The notes beneath the pieces were generated by a model that worked only from the letters and a program-made list of their open reading frames with translations, did no database searches and was not told the DNA's origin. From Alphaproteobacteria bacterium (GTDB lineage Bacteria > Pseudomonadota > Alphaproteobacteria > JALRGP01): a stretch of DNA of 31,579 nucleotides. The DNA lies in NCBI GenBank assembly GCA_044355315.1, contig JBIKYJ010000001.1, forward strand, positions 1 to 31,579, written 5' to 3'. A program made the position numbers and the translations under genes. Of the stretch, positions 7,432 to 16,846 are shown one piece after another; positions within the stretch are counted from its first letter, which is position 1, and each line of letters begins with the position of its first letter.

Positions 7432-9699
7432 ATGTCTATTTATCCTAAAAAATGATTTTTGATGCTGACTGCAGCACATATCACAGCATTTCATGGCTTT
7501 ACAATGGATCCTAATCCTAATGATAATAAAAGTAAATCATTAGGAAAACGTTTCCGCAATAATGACCAAGAAGAGAGTGAGGAGAGTAAGAAAGAACCCC
7601 CTTCAAAGAAAAGAAAGCGCTTCTCCATTACTGAAACATTAGTCAACTGTATCAAAAATAATAATAGTATTCCTAAAAAAATTGATGATACTAACAAAAA
7701 ACTAATTGATTGTAGTATTATTACGGATACATTGAATAAATACGATACAGGAAATAACGAATTTTTATTTAGACGAATGAATAGTGCTTTGACGATATCA
7801 TCTTTTTTTGAAGAAGATCGAAGTAATATTTTTTTAGAAAACATTAAAAAAGGAGTTTTTTGTGACAATAATGATGCTTGGAATATACATGAACAACAAC
7901 TAGATCTAACAGAAAACACAGAAAACATTTATATGGTGAGAGCTGAAGGTTACTATGGCTTGCTCAAAGATGTTTGTAAACATTTGGGAATCAATCAAAA
8001 TTCATATAATGTTGTTTCAGGTCATATTAAAAGATATGAACAAAATAACTATGATAATTTGACAAAAAAAATTAAACAAATACAGATGAAAGATCTGAAC
8101 ATCATTGTTTCCGTTATAGAGTACGACTTGTCTCAATCTGATATGAAACGTTTTGATGAGAAGACAATCGAAGAAAGATGGAACGCTTGGATTGAGTCAT
8201 TTAAAAGCGTCCTTGAGTCAAATCCAAACAATTCTGATAAAACCTCTTGTAATCCTGAGGCTTTTGCTGTTCATGCTTTGTCTGGGGACGACAAAGGCAA
8301 AAATCCTTTAAATGCTTTAGCAGTTATATATACCGATTTGGCAAAATTTTCCATCCTACTTAGTCATTGTTATCTGACATTTAAAAAATATAATGAAAAT
8401 TCAACTTTCAAAGAAATGGAGGATACATTAAGTTCGGAAGAGATTTACACAAAAGATCCTCATCTTCAAACCTCGTACAAAGAGTTGAAAAAATTCAATA
8501 GTGTATTAAAGATGACACAAAAGCTTATGACATTAACAGACAAAGATCGAAAAAAAATCGAAGTAGCTTGGGATAATGAATATAAAAAAAAATTTAATTC
8601 AACACCAACAGATGTTGAACAGATCCGACGTGAAGCTCTTGTTCAATATCTCTCGTTTAAGCGTCAAGATAATAGGAAAGATCTAATGCAGTCTGTTACT
8701 GAATTTGCAGAATCAATTCCATTAGATTCAGACTCTGAAAAAATTCATCAAAAATTTTTTCAAAAAATACACGATTTCATAAAAATAGATCCATCATGTA
8801 GATACTCTGATAGTCAAATTTTCAAATTATTCTTAAAAAGTTTAAAAGAGAAAAAAACCTCTTTGTCTTTTTCTGCAGAAGTGTCTGAGGCAGAATATGG
8901 GGAAGAAGAATATGGGGAAGAAGAATATGGGGAAGAAGAATATGGGGAGGAAGAATATGGGGAGGAAGAATATGGGAAGGAAGAATATTTAGAAAAAAAA
9001 ATAGATTTTTTAAAGACTTTTCCTTCACGTAAGCATTATGCTGATTTTTATACAAAAATTTCTCCTAATATCAATGCACAAAATATTGCATTCGAAATTA
9101 TTGAAAAAATGAGAAAACAATGGGGCTTTCCTTATAAAATATATAAAAATGGTTTAGAAACAAATGGTATAAAGTCAATTAAAAATGATTCATTCTATAA
9201 ACATTTCGATGCAATGTGGAACTCAGAGCTTGCTAAACACATAAGAATAGAGGGACATATTATGAAAGAAGATACGCTTTCTGAATGGATTACGGATCCC
9301 GAATGGCAGCCAGCAGCACAAGAATGTCTTGAGTATGTGAAAAACTATGTGAATATGAGAAATAAGAGTTCAAAAAATAAAAAAAGTCATCAGGTTTCAA
9401 ATGATCCCTATATTCAATTTATATACGATTCAATTAGAGATCACCCCCAAAATCATCCTACAGTTATAAGAGATATGGCTAAACATGAACAATGGGATGA
9501 GGCATGTCCAGGTAATAACTATATTGAAATCTCAGACAAGATGGGATCGTTTTTAGAGGAAGTTGACAAAATCGTCAACAATGGTGCAGATTTTAAAATC
9601 AAATTGCAACATCTTATAAACAACGACAAATTCTCAAATATCGATAAAGATCTTTTTGAAAAGATTGCAAATGATTACTACAAATTTAAAAAAAAATAA
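7432..9699 (+). CDS. Hypothetical protein, candidate secreted effector (in-frame TGA at codon 8; open from 7459/7462)
   Basis: AAGGAG RBS precedes ATG 7432, which is in frame with the 746-codon ORF but separated from it by TGA at 7453-55. Carries a PPSKKRKR motif and an EYGEE tandem repeat. No recognised family. Confidence 0.7.
8893..8988 (+). repeat. 15-bp coding tandem repeat, ~6.4 copies, (EYGEE)n
   Basis: GAATATGGGGAAGAA x3, GAATATGGGGAGGAA x2, GAATATGGGAAGGAA, then GAATAT. Confidence 0.97.
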
Positions 9700-9732
9700 A
9701 AACACTTTATCATAATTTTTGAATAAACTTTC

Positions 9733-9756
9733 ATGGCAGGAGCACTATCCTGCCAT
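9733..9756 (+). terminator. Hairpin after the hypothetical gene
   Basis: ATGGCAGGA-gcacta-TCCTGCCAT, 9-bp stem; no long U tract. Confidence 0.5.
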
Positions 9757-9819
9757 TCAGTATCGGCAAAATGATTACATTCGTTTAGAATAATTTTATA
9801 GAGATGCTCGGACATAGTC

Positions 9820-10812
9820 ATGAAATTTTTAGATCAGGTTAAAATTTTTTTAAAATCGGGGGACGGTGGTGCCGGATGCCTGAGTTTTCGTAGAGAAAAA
9901 TATATTGAATTTGGGGGGCCCAATGGTGGAAATGGTGGCAAAGGGGGCAATATTTACGTCCAAGGTGTCCACAATTTGAACACATTAATTGATTACCGTT
10001 ATCAACAACATTTCAAAGCTGAAAAGGGGCACCAAGGCAAAGGGCAAGAACGGACTGGCCGCCACGGTCATGATATTGTCTTAAAAGTTCCGGTAGGCAC
10101 CCAAATTTTTGATGAACACAAGGAAACCTTATTGTTAGACGTCACAACAGAAGAGGAAAAAGTTTTATTGTTAAAAGGTGGTGACGGAGGATTTGGTAAC
10201 AGCCATTACAAAAGCTCTACCCACCAAGCACCAAGGCGTGCAGATCCTGGTTGGCCTGGGCAAGAAATGTGGGTTTGGATGCAATTAAAGTTAATTGCTG
10301 ATGTGGGGTTGTTGGGATTACCTAATGCCGGAAAATCAACCTTTTTATCAGTTGTTTCTCGAGCAAAACCTAAAATTGCTGATTATCCATTTACAACATT
10401 GCATCCACAGTTGGGGGTCGTTTTTCACCATGACAAAGAGTTTGTTATATCGGATTTACCAGGTTTGATTAAAAATGCTCACCAAAGCGCCGGGCTTGGA
10501 CATCGCTTTTTAGGGCATGTAGAGCGCTGCAAAGTTTTATTGCACTTAATTGATGGGACTCAAGATGATGTCTGTCAGGCCTATCATACGATTCATCAAG
10601 AGCTTGTTTTATACGGAAGCGATTTAGACAATAAGCCAGAGCTTATTATTCTCAATAAAATTGATGCATTAACCGACGATATGATTGTACAAAAAAAACA
10701 AGAACTGGAAGCATGCACAGGTCAAACTGTTTATGCGTTGTCAAGTATATCAAAAAAAGGACTCACGGACATTTTAAATCAAACATTGACCATTCTTGAT
10801 GATATAATTTAA
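9820..10812 (+). CDS. obgE: GTPase Obg/CgtA
   Basis: MKFLDQVKI, Gly-rich Obg fold ([12 protein letters not shown]), [19 protein letters not shown] and NKID. Confidence 0.98.
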   Translation: MKFLDQVKIFLKSGDGGAGCLSFRREKYIEFGGPNGGNGGKGGNIYVQGVHNLNTLIDYRYQQHFKAEKGHQGKGQERTGRHGHDIVLKVPVGTQIFDEHKETLLLDVTTEEEKVLLLKGGDGGFGNSHYKSSTHQAPRRADPGWPGQEMWVWMQLKLIADVGLLGLPNAGKSTFLSVVSRAKPKIADYPFTTLHPQLGVVFHHDKEFVISDLPGLIKNAHQSAGLGHRFLGHVERCKVLLHLIDGTQDDVCQAYHTIHQELVLYGSDLDNKPELIILNKIDALTDDMIVQKKQELEACTGQTVYALSSISKKGLTDILNQTLTILDDII

Positions 10813-10820
10813 TTAGTGAA

Positions 10821-10845
10821 GGCTCTGAATCACTGATTCAGAGCC
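10821..10845. terminator. Perfect 25-bp palindrome between convergent genes
   Basis: GGCTCTGAATCA-c-TGATTCAGAGCC, located between the obgE stop and the stop of the 893-aa ORF. Confidence 0.5.
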
Positions 10846-10852
10846 CATATGA

Positions 10853-13534
10853 TTAATTTGAAATTTCTCCTTCTTCTTTTTCTGCAATTTTTTGTTTCTT
10901 ATATCCAATATCTTGACTTACATGTTGTCTATAGGCTAATTTTTTTTTATAAAAGTGATAGTCAACCTCACCAAGATTAGCTATTAAACCCTTTTTTTCA
11001 TTAGCTTTTTCTTTTCTTTTTTTGACAAATTCTGATCGATAATTTTTAAGAAAATTATCGTAAAATTCTTTAATTTTTTCATCCTCTTGACATTGTGGGT
11101 GCTTTTTTAACAAATCTAGTTTTTCCTTAATATTTGTTTGGAATTCTTTCATAGACATGAATTTTTCACCAATCAATAATCCGTTTGTATAAACGTAGTA
11201 ATTCTTATAAATAGTTATTAATAAATTTGCTTGTACTAAAGGATCTTTACAATCTAATGCATAAGCGGACACAATATCTTTTTTCCTCTTTAAAACATCT
11301 TCAGAATCATTTTGACCTTGTATATTCCGTTCTAACGGCACATTTAAAATACTTGTCCATGCCTGGATACGTTTTTTGATATCTGTTTTTGTATCTTGTC
11401 CATAAGAATGCAAAATTTTAAATAGATATTCCATGAATTGTTTTTTTTCTGCTTTAAAATCTTTTCCGTAAGACTTAATAATCGTTATTAATGCCGTCAT
11501 ACGTTTTTCTCTATCGTTTAGGTTTTTTTCTGTATATGAAGCTACGAATGGGATGAGATGCTGCGTAATGGCTCTTCTTACTAGAGAAGGATTGTTTTGA
11601 GAAAAATTAATAATTGTCGTCCAACCTTGAATATATTTATCTATATAAGAACGATCACGAATAGTACGATATTTGGAAAGTAAATCAACTAGTTTATTTA
11701 GATACATTGATTGTTCATTGGTGTTTCTAAAAGCATTGATCACGGCTATTAATCCCGCAATAACTATATCCGCCCTAACATCTTTACTAGTACGCAATAG
11801 ATCAAATAATTTTTTTGCATTTTCTAGCTGAAATTCGGAGTTTAAATTTTGATTTTTAGAATCAATAATAGTATTTACAACTGCTGAGCGTCCCTGAATC
11901 AACACAGATCGTTTAACGTCAAGATCAAGTGGATTATTCAAAATTTTTAATAAAGATTCAACGTCTTTTAGATCACCCTCTTCATGTAGTAAAGCAACGT
12001 ATCCCAAAATAGCATTGTTGGATGCTATTGATTTACATGATAAAGATTTTCTAAGTTTTTCTGTATATGGTTTACCGTAATTAACAAGAATACGTAAGGC
12101 TCTTGCAGATTGTTCTGGAGATAATTGTTTAGAACTTATCAACGTCTCGAGTTTTTTAATATCCTTTTTATTATCGTCCGTAGGCTTCTTTAATTTCTGA
12201 ATAATTTCGTTAAAATCTTTATCTAAACTATCTTTTGATAAAACATTTTGTGCATCATGTTGACGTTGGTTCTGCTCTTTATGCGGGCCGTGTATTGTTT
12301 TGTAAGAAAAATGTTTTTCAGAAATTTTATTGATTGTATTGATCATTTTATTACAGATTCCTTCAGCTGGACCATCGTGGTATTGAGGGTGAATAAACAA
12401 TCGATTACTCATATGAATATGAAATTGTTGTCTTTTGTTATTACTAACTATACATCTAGCTTCAACTTGGTCTTGATTACTATTTTTGCGTCTTTTACCT
12501 TTGTTAATACAGATAGTTGAGCAGAGTGGATTAAAATGAACACACAATTTTCCATGTTGGTTCTGGTCCTCTAGCATCACAAAATCATTAAACCCCCATT
12601 TGCCTATATCTTGGGGCATGGTTATGGAAGTATCCTCCGCCCTTTTAAATAACTCAATATTACTATGGTATTTTTTTTTAAGTATATCTATATGATGCTT
12701 TATTTTATCATGCTTCTTTTGGTTATTTTTAGGATCATGATCTAAGGTAACATCTGAACGACTAGAAAAATGACCATCATTATTTTTTTTATAAAAAAGA
12801 TCGTTCAAAACCAAGTGAGGTTTTCCTTCTCTCCAATAAAATGCAGACAATGGTTGTAGCGTAAATCTTTGAACAGTATTCCATTTTTTGAGAAAATTAT
12901 TAAAACATTTGAAGTTATTGAAACGAAATTTACATCCCTCTTCAAATGTAATATCAATATCAATATCAAAATTATAGAAAGAAGTTTTTTTTAATGCATC
13001 AATATCATGTGTATTAAAGTGAACATAATGAATGGGTTCTCCTTGATTTAAAAAAAATCGTGCACTTCTAATTTTTCGAATAATTTCTTTGTTTATGGGA
13101 ACAGAATATTCATATAAACCAAAATCATTTTTTTTTGATTGCGAAAATTGCATTTTTTCCCATGGTTCTTCTCTCTTATGTTTCTCTTGAATAAATGTGA
13201 TTTGATCTATCTTCATGGTGCTCTGAATAATACTGTTTCTAGGATCATTTGGATCTTCTTTTATATTGATACCTGCCCCATGTGCCGGTGACCAAGCTAA
13301 ACATGCAACGACACTGTAAGATATCCACAGATGATTAAAATTCTGTTTTTTATACAATATAGTTAACGAGAAATAAATCTTTATTTTTGACATCAATCTT
13401 AGAATGCTATGGGTGAGTAGTGATCTCAATTGGCTGATTAATAATAAAAGGATCATGATATACTTCATAAGTGTATGATCGGAATTTACAATTTCTATCT
13501 CCATTATTGTGGCAGAAAAATGGTTTAGATTCAT
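10853..13534 (-). CDS. Large hypothetical protein with C-terminal helical repeats, candidate secreted effector
   Basis: 893-codon ORF with a hydrophobic N-terminal segment ending ...ACLAWSPAHG-A and degenerate ~44-aa repeats in the C-terminal half. Start codon uncertain. Confidence 0.75.
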   Translation of the reverse strand: MNLNHFSATIMEIEIVNSDHTLMKYIMILLLLISQLRSLLTHSILRLMSKIKIYFSLTILYKKQNFNHLWISYSVVACLAWSPAHGAGINIKEDPNDPRNSIIQSTMKIDQITFIQEKHKREEPWEKMQFSQSKKNDFGLYEYSVPINKEIIRKIRSARFFLNQGEPIHYVHFNTHDIDALKKTSFYNFDIDIDITFEEGCKFRFNNFKCFNNFLKKWNTVQRFTLQPLSAFYWREGKPHLVLNDLFYKKNNDGHFSSRSDVTLDHDPKNNQKKHDKIKHHIDILKKKYHSNIELFKRAEDTSITMPQDIGKWGFNDFVMLEDQNQHGKLCVHFNPLCSTICINKGKRRKNSNQDQVEARCIVSNNKRQQFHIHMSNRLFIHPQYHDGPAEGICNKMINTINKISEKHFSYKTIHGPHKEQNQRQHDAQNVLSKDSLDKDFNEIIQKLKKPTDDNKKDIKKLETLISSKQLSPEQSARALRILVNYGKPYTEKLRKSLSCKSIASNNAILGYVALLHEEGDLKDVESLLKILNNPLDLDVKRSVLIQGRSAVVNTIIDSKNQNLNSEFQLENAKKLFDLLRTSKDVRADIVIAGLIAVINAFRNTNEQSMYLNKLVDLLSKYRTIRDRSYIDKYIQGWTTIINFSQNNPSLVRRAITQHLIPFVASYTEKNLNDREKRMTALITIIKSYGKDFKAEKKQFMEYLFKILHSYGQDTKTDIKKRIQAWTSILNVPLERNIQGQNDSEDVLKRKKDIVSAYALDCKDPLVQANLLITIYKNYYVYTNGLLIGEKFMSMKEFQTNIKEKLDLLKKHPQCQEDEKIKEFYDNFLKNYRSEFVKKRKEKANEKKGLIANLGEVDYHFYKKKLAYRQHVSQDIGYKKQKIAEKEEGEISN

Positions 13535-13581
13535 AATTAATATAAAAAATGTACCAATAGAATTAATATAAAAAATAAAAG

Positions 13582-13596
13582 TTAATAAATTATTAA
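13582..13596. promoter_or_regulatory. CtrA-type box upstream of the 893-aa ORF
   Basis: G-TTAA-taaatta-TTAA; the 24-bp context differs from the phaC box context at one position. Confidence 0.5.
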
Positions 13597-13630
13597 AAAA
13601 ACTTCATATATGAAGTTGGCTTGAGAACTT

Positions 13631-14620
13631 TTAAAAAACGAGAGTTGGTAAGGTCTTTCTTTTAAAAATGATCAAAAAAATGATTATACACATTACAGTA
13701 TAGCTCAGATAAAATGCTTGATAGTGGGTTAGTGTAAAAAAAGCCCCCTGCAAGATAATAATGCTTAAGAAGTAAGATATTTTAAAACACGAATGGCTTT
13801 GAAGGGGCCGAAGTAAGAAAGAACAACCAAGCAAGCCAGTTAATAAACAACACAGACTCATGATGATACGTTGGTGCCCTTCACTTTGGTAAGTTATATC
13901 TTTTGATTTTAAGAGTTGTTTTAAAGATATTTCGCAAGGACGTTTGATTTTTTTTTCAATCAAAGACACGTATGAAGTAAGATCAAAATGAAATGACTCA
14001 AACGATAATACATGGCGTTGAACGTCTTGATATTGACCTTTAAACAAATGAATCAGAATGCGTTTATCTTTGATATCAATAAATCCCTCTTCTGCTGTGA
14101 TGCATGATGAATTTGGATCTTGGATAAAAATTCCAATTAATTTTTGGTCTTTCGTGACATCTTTTACGTAAATTATGGTTGAATTTAAAAAATGAAATTC
14201 ACCTTTTTTAATTAATAATTTTGAAAAGTTTTCTTTAAGTTGATGCTCCTTATCCTTGAATTTTTGATACCCCCATGGAACAGCATACATATTGCAAAAA
14301 AAAGAGAATCCTGTTGTGATAATTCCCAATATATACATGGGTTTTTTTAAAATTTTTAATGAAAAAAAATGATGATGACCAAATTTTTGATAACTCATAA
14401 TCATGCCTAAACACATACAAGATGGCAGCATATATACAATTAAATCCGGAATAATAAATGCAGAAAAACCCAAATATTCCCATAGTGATATATGATAATT
14501 GATAATAATATCTAATAATCTTAACGATTGAAACAGCCAAATGAGTCCAACAAATATTAATAAAAAAGATAACGTATTTTGAATACTGTGGCGCAGTAAA
14601 TAACGATGAACAAGTAACAC
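13631..14620 (-). CDS. lptF: LptF/LptG-family LPS export permease
   Basis: HRYLLR start, IWLFQSLRLLDIIIN, IIPDLIVYMLP, periplasmic beta-jellyroll (KGEFHF, IYVKD, ITAEEG) and EGHQRI before the final TMs. lptF versus lptG is not certain. Confidence 0.8.
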   Translation of the reverse strand: MLLVHRYLLRHSIQNTLSFLLIFVGLIWLFQSLRLLDIIINYHISLWEYLGFSAFIIPDLIVYMLPSCMCLGMIMSYQKFGHHHFFSLKILKKPMYILGIITTGFSFFCNMYAVPWGYQKFKDKEHQLKENFSKLLIKKGEFHFLNSTIIYVKDVTKDQKLIGIFIQDPNSSCITAEEGFIDIKDKRILIHLFKGQYQDVQRHVLSFESFHFDLTSYVSLIEKKIKRPCEISLKQLLKSKDITYQSEGHQRIIMSLCCLLTGLLGCSFLLRPLQSHSCFKISYFLSIIILQGAFFTLTHYQAFYLSYTVMCIIIFLIIFKRKTLPTLVF

Positions 14621-14622
14621 GC

Positions 14623-15801
14623 TTACCCCAGTAATTTTTGAAAAAATATAGATGCATCTGGTGGTGTGTATACATCAAAGGATACCTTCATTTTTTGAAT
14701 GGAACGATAAGGAGGTTTAAAAAAATCCAAAACATCATCAATAGATAAGTCTGCTTGGTGGCGAATCATTGCAACACCTATGGATTGTAAATAATTAGCA
14801 TTGTAAGATTGATCTCCCTCCGCGGATGATGGTAACGGAATTAAAAGAGATGGCTTTTTAAAAAATAGTAATTCACTGATGGTTGTGGCTCCTGCTCGAC
14901 AAATGACAAAATCGCTCCATAAGAATGCTTTTCCCATATGATCGATGAAATGAGTCACCGTTGCATTAATATCGTATTGTTTATAAATATTTTTTAAATT
15001 GTCCACATCTGAGGATGGACATTGGTGATAGATTTCTATGGTATTCTTGTTAAGATGTGGAACTATATCTGCCATGAATTCTGTTAAAAAATGAGCTCCT
15101 AAACTACCCCCTGTGATCAGCACACGCAGATTATCTGATACGATGTTTGTTTCAAAGTCGCCAATAGACTTTCTGCACAACTCATTTTCTGATGAGATTT
15201 CCGTCGTTTCTTCAATACTCGAATCCTCATGTACCATATGTACGCTGCGTTTTTGCGCTTCGTGGCTGCCTTGTATTTCTTTAGGATAAAAAGGTTCTGC
15301 AGAAAATCTAACATTTTGCCGATTTTTTAATAAAAAATTCCCACACCAAATGGCGTTGGGAGGTGCTTTGAGCGTGTTTTTGAAAGACACACCAACAACA
15401 GTTGCTTTTTTTGATAAAAATCGATTGGCTTTCCCAAGCAGAGCATTTTGCTCATGAATAGCTGTTTTTATACGCAAAATTTGTGCGCACCAAACAGTTG
15501 GAACCGAAAAATATCCTCCAAATCCGACAACTATATCAGGTTGAATTGATCTTAAAACAAATAATGATTTCAGCGTTGCCTTTAAAAAAGATATAATATA
15601 TTGAATTTTTTGACGTGGTCTTTTGATAGAAAGATAATGAATGGTTTCAAATAAATTTTCGTAAGATTTTAAAAAATGGGAGCCCCTTTCATCCACAATC
15701 ATATGAAAAGTAGCTTGATTCTTTAATTTTTCAGCTAATGCAATAGCAGGAAATACATGCCCAGCCGTACCACCAGTGACCAATACAATGTGTTTGCGCA
15801 T
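14623..15801 (-). CDS. murG: MurG glycosyltransferase with a 48-aa in-frame insertion
   Basis: GGTAGHVFPA, VVGFGGYFS, HEQNALLGKANR, GGSLGA, ICRAGATTISE and DQSYNA. Confidence 0.96.
   Translation of the reverse strand: MRKHIVLVTGGTAGHVFPAIALAEKLKNQATFHMIVDERGSHFLKSYENLFETIHYLSIKRPRQKIQYIISFLKATLKSLFVLRSIQPDIVVGFGGYFSVPTVWCAQILRIKTAIHEQNALLGKANRFLSKKATVVGVSFKNTLKAPPNAIWCGNFLLKNRQNVRFSAEPFYPKEIQGSHEAQKRSVHMVHEDSSIEETTEISSENELCRKSIGDFETNIVSDNLRVLITGGSLGAHFLTEFMADIVPHLNKNTIEIYHQCPSSDVDNLKNIYKQYDINATVTHFIDHMGKAFLWSDFVICRAGATTISELLFFKKPSLLIPLPSSAEGDQSYNANYLQSIGVAMIRHQADLSIDDVLDFFKPPYRSIQKMKVSFDVYTPPDASIFFQKLLG
15165..15310. mobile_element. RPE-like palindromic MITE inserted in-frame in murG
   Basis: Terminal IRs TAGACTTTCTGCACAAC and TAGATTTTCTGCAGAAC (15/17 identical), TA at both ends; 146 minus 2 = 144 nt = 48 codons. 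Confidence 0.85.
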
Positions 15802-15818
15802 TTAATACATCTCGTCTT

Positions 15819-15836
15819 TGATAAAATATTTTATCA
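15819..15836. promoter_or_regulatory. Perfect 18-bp palindrome upstream of murG
   Basis: TGATAAAATATTTTATCA is its own reverse complement; it lies 17 nt upstream of the murG ATG and downstream of tRNA-Ser. Confidence 0.4.
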
Positions 15837-15866
15837 TTTTTTAAAAACCTAAGGACGCGACCTAAT

Positions 15867-15957
<91 letters not shown>

Positions 15958-15987
15958 ATAATTCAGATTAGCATTGTTACGTATTTT

Positions 15988-16002
15988 TTAAAAAAATGTT
16001 AA
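15988..16002. promoter_or_regulatory. CtrA-type box upstream of tRNA-Ser/murG/lptF
   Basis: TTAA-aaaaatg-TTAA, 31 nt upstream of the tRNA 5' end. Confidence 0.4.
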
Positions 16003-16036
16003 TGTAAGTTTGTGTTGTTCTACCAAAAACTTATTA

Positions 16037-16846
16037 TTAACAATGAATTTTTGAAAACACAACGCAACGTTGATATCCTTGTAAATCCTCATGCACCTCA
16101 ACCACCTTAAATCCATAAGAATAAGCAATAGCGATAACATTTTTCATTTGCTTATATCCAACTTCGAACACAACAATACCATTAGCGGTCAAATAAGTCC
16201 CTAATGATTCAAAGATTATTTCATAAACCCTAATTCCACCATATAAAGCCAAAGGTGGGTCAAAAGAGGCACCCACATCAATTATTTCATTTTTTTCAAT
16301 ATAGGGAGGGTTTGAAACGATAACATCAAAATGTTGAAGCGCAATATTGGATAGCCAATCGCTGTGAATTAATGTCAGTCGATTATTGACGCCATGATGA
16401 ATAGAATTATGTTCGCATATCTGAAGTGCTTCTTGTGACACGTCAACGGCGCACCCTGTAGCATCAGGAATTATTTTAAGCAATGTAACGATTAAACACC
16501 CAGTTCCGGTTCCCAAATCTAATACACGCGGGGAGGGCAGAGAATATTTTAAAACAGCATCAATTATCAGCTCGCTTTCTGGCCGTGGGTCAAGGGTGTG
16601 TTGATTGGTTAAAAAATGTAAACTGTAAAATTCTTTAAAGCCAATGATTTTTGATAAAGGTTCTCCATTTTTGTAGCGATCTAACCATCCGTTTAAAAGT
16701 ATCTCTTCTTTTTTTGACAATTGAATGGGCCACCTTAAAAAAACTTCTTCTTTTGTTATTTTTTTAAGGTGGGAGAGAAAGAGTGATACAACGTTAAATG
16801 GTATCGACCTGTCCATGACAATTTTTATAACGTTTTCTAGACCCAC
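16037..16846 (-). CDS. prmC: Release factor glutamine methyltransferase PrmC/HemK
   Basis: GEPLSKIIGFKEFY, LDPRPESE, VLDLGTGTGC and SNPPY. 5' end overlaps the secA stop; start uncertain. Confidence 0.93.
   Translation of the reverse strand: MGLENVIKIVMDRSIPFNVVSLFLSHLKKITKEEVFLRWPIQLSKKEEILLNGWLDRYKNGEPLSKIIGFKEFYSLHFLTNQHTLDPRPESELIIDAVLKYSLPSPRVLDLGTGTGCLIVTLLKIIPDATGCAVDVSQEALQICEHNSIHHGVNNRLTLIHSDWLSNIALQHFDVIVSNPPYIEKNEIIDVGASFDPPLALYGGIRVYEIIFESLGTYLTANGIVVFEVGYKQMKNVIAIAYSYGFKVVEVHEDLQGYQRCVVFSKIHC

Noticed and set aside
7453-7455. Genome-wide UGA=Trp recoding (genetic code 4)
   Set aside because: Long conserved genes (secA, typA, obgE, dnaJ, phaC) are uninterrupted under code 11, the Trp codons checked are TGG, and the fis-like, rpoN and GrpB-GNAT genes end in TGA at plausible positions.
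8822-9055. Antisense ORF with HILPP repeats
   Set aside because: It is the reverse-strand shadow of the 15-bp EYGEE repeat.
15117-15314. 65-aa minus-strand ORF inside murG
   Set aside because: It is an alternative frame of the palindromic insertion and has no independent RBS or function.
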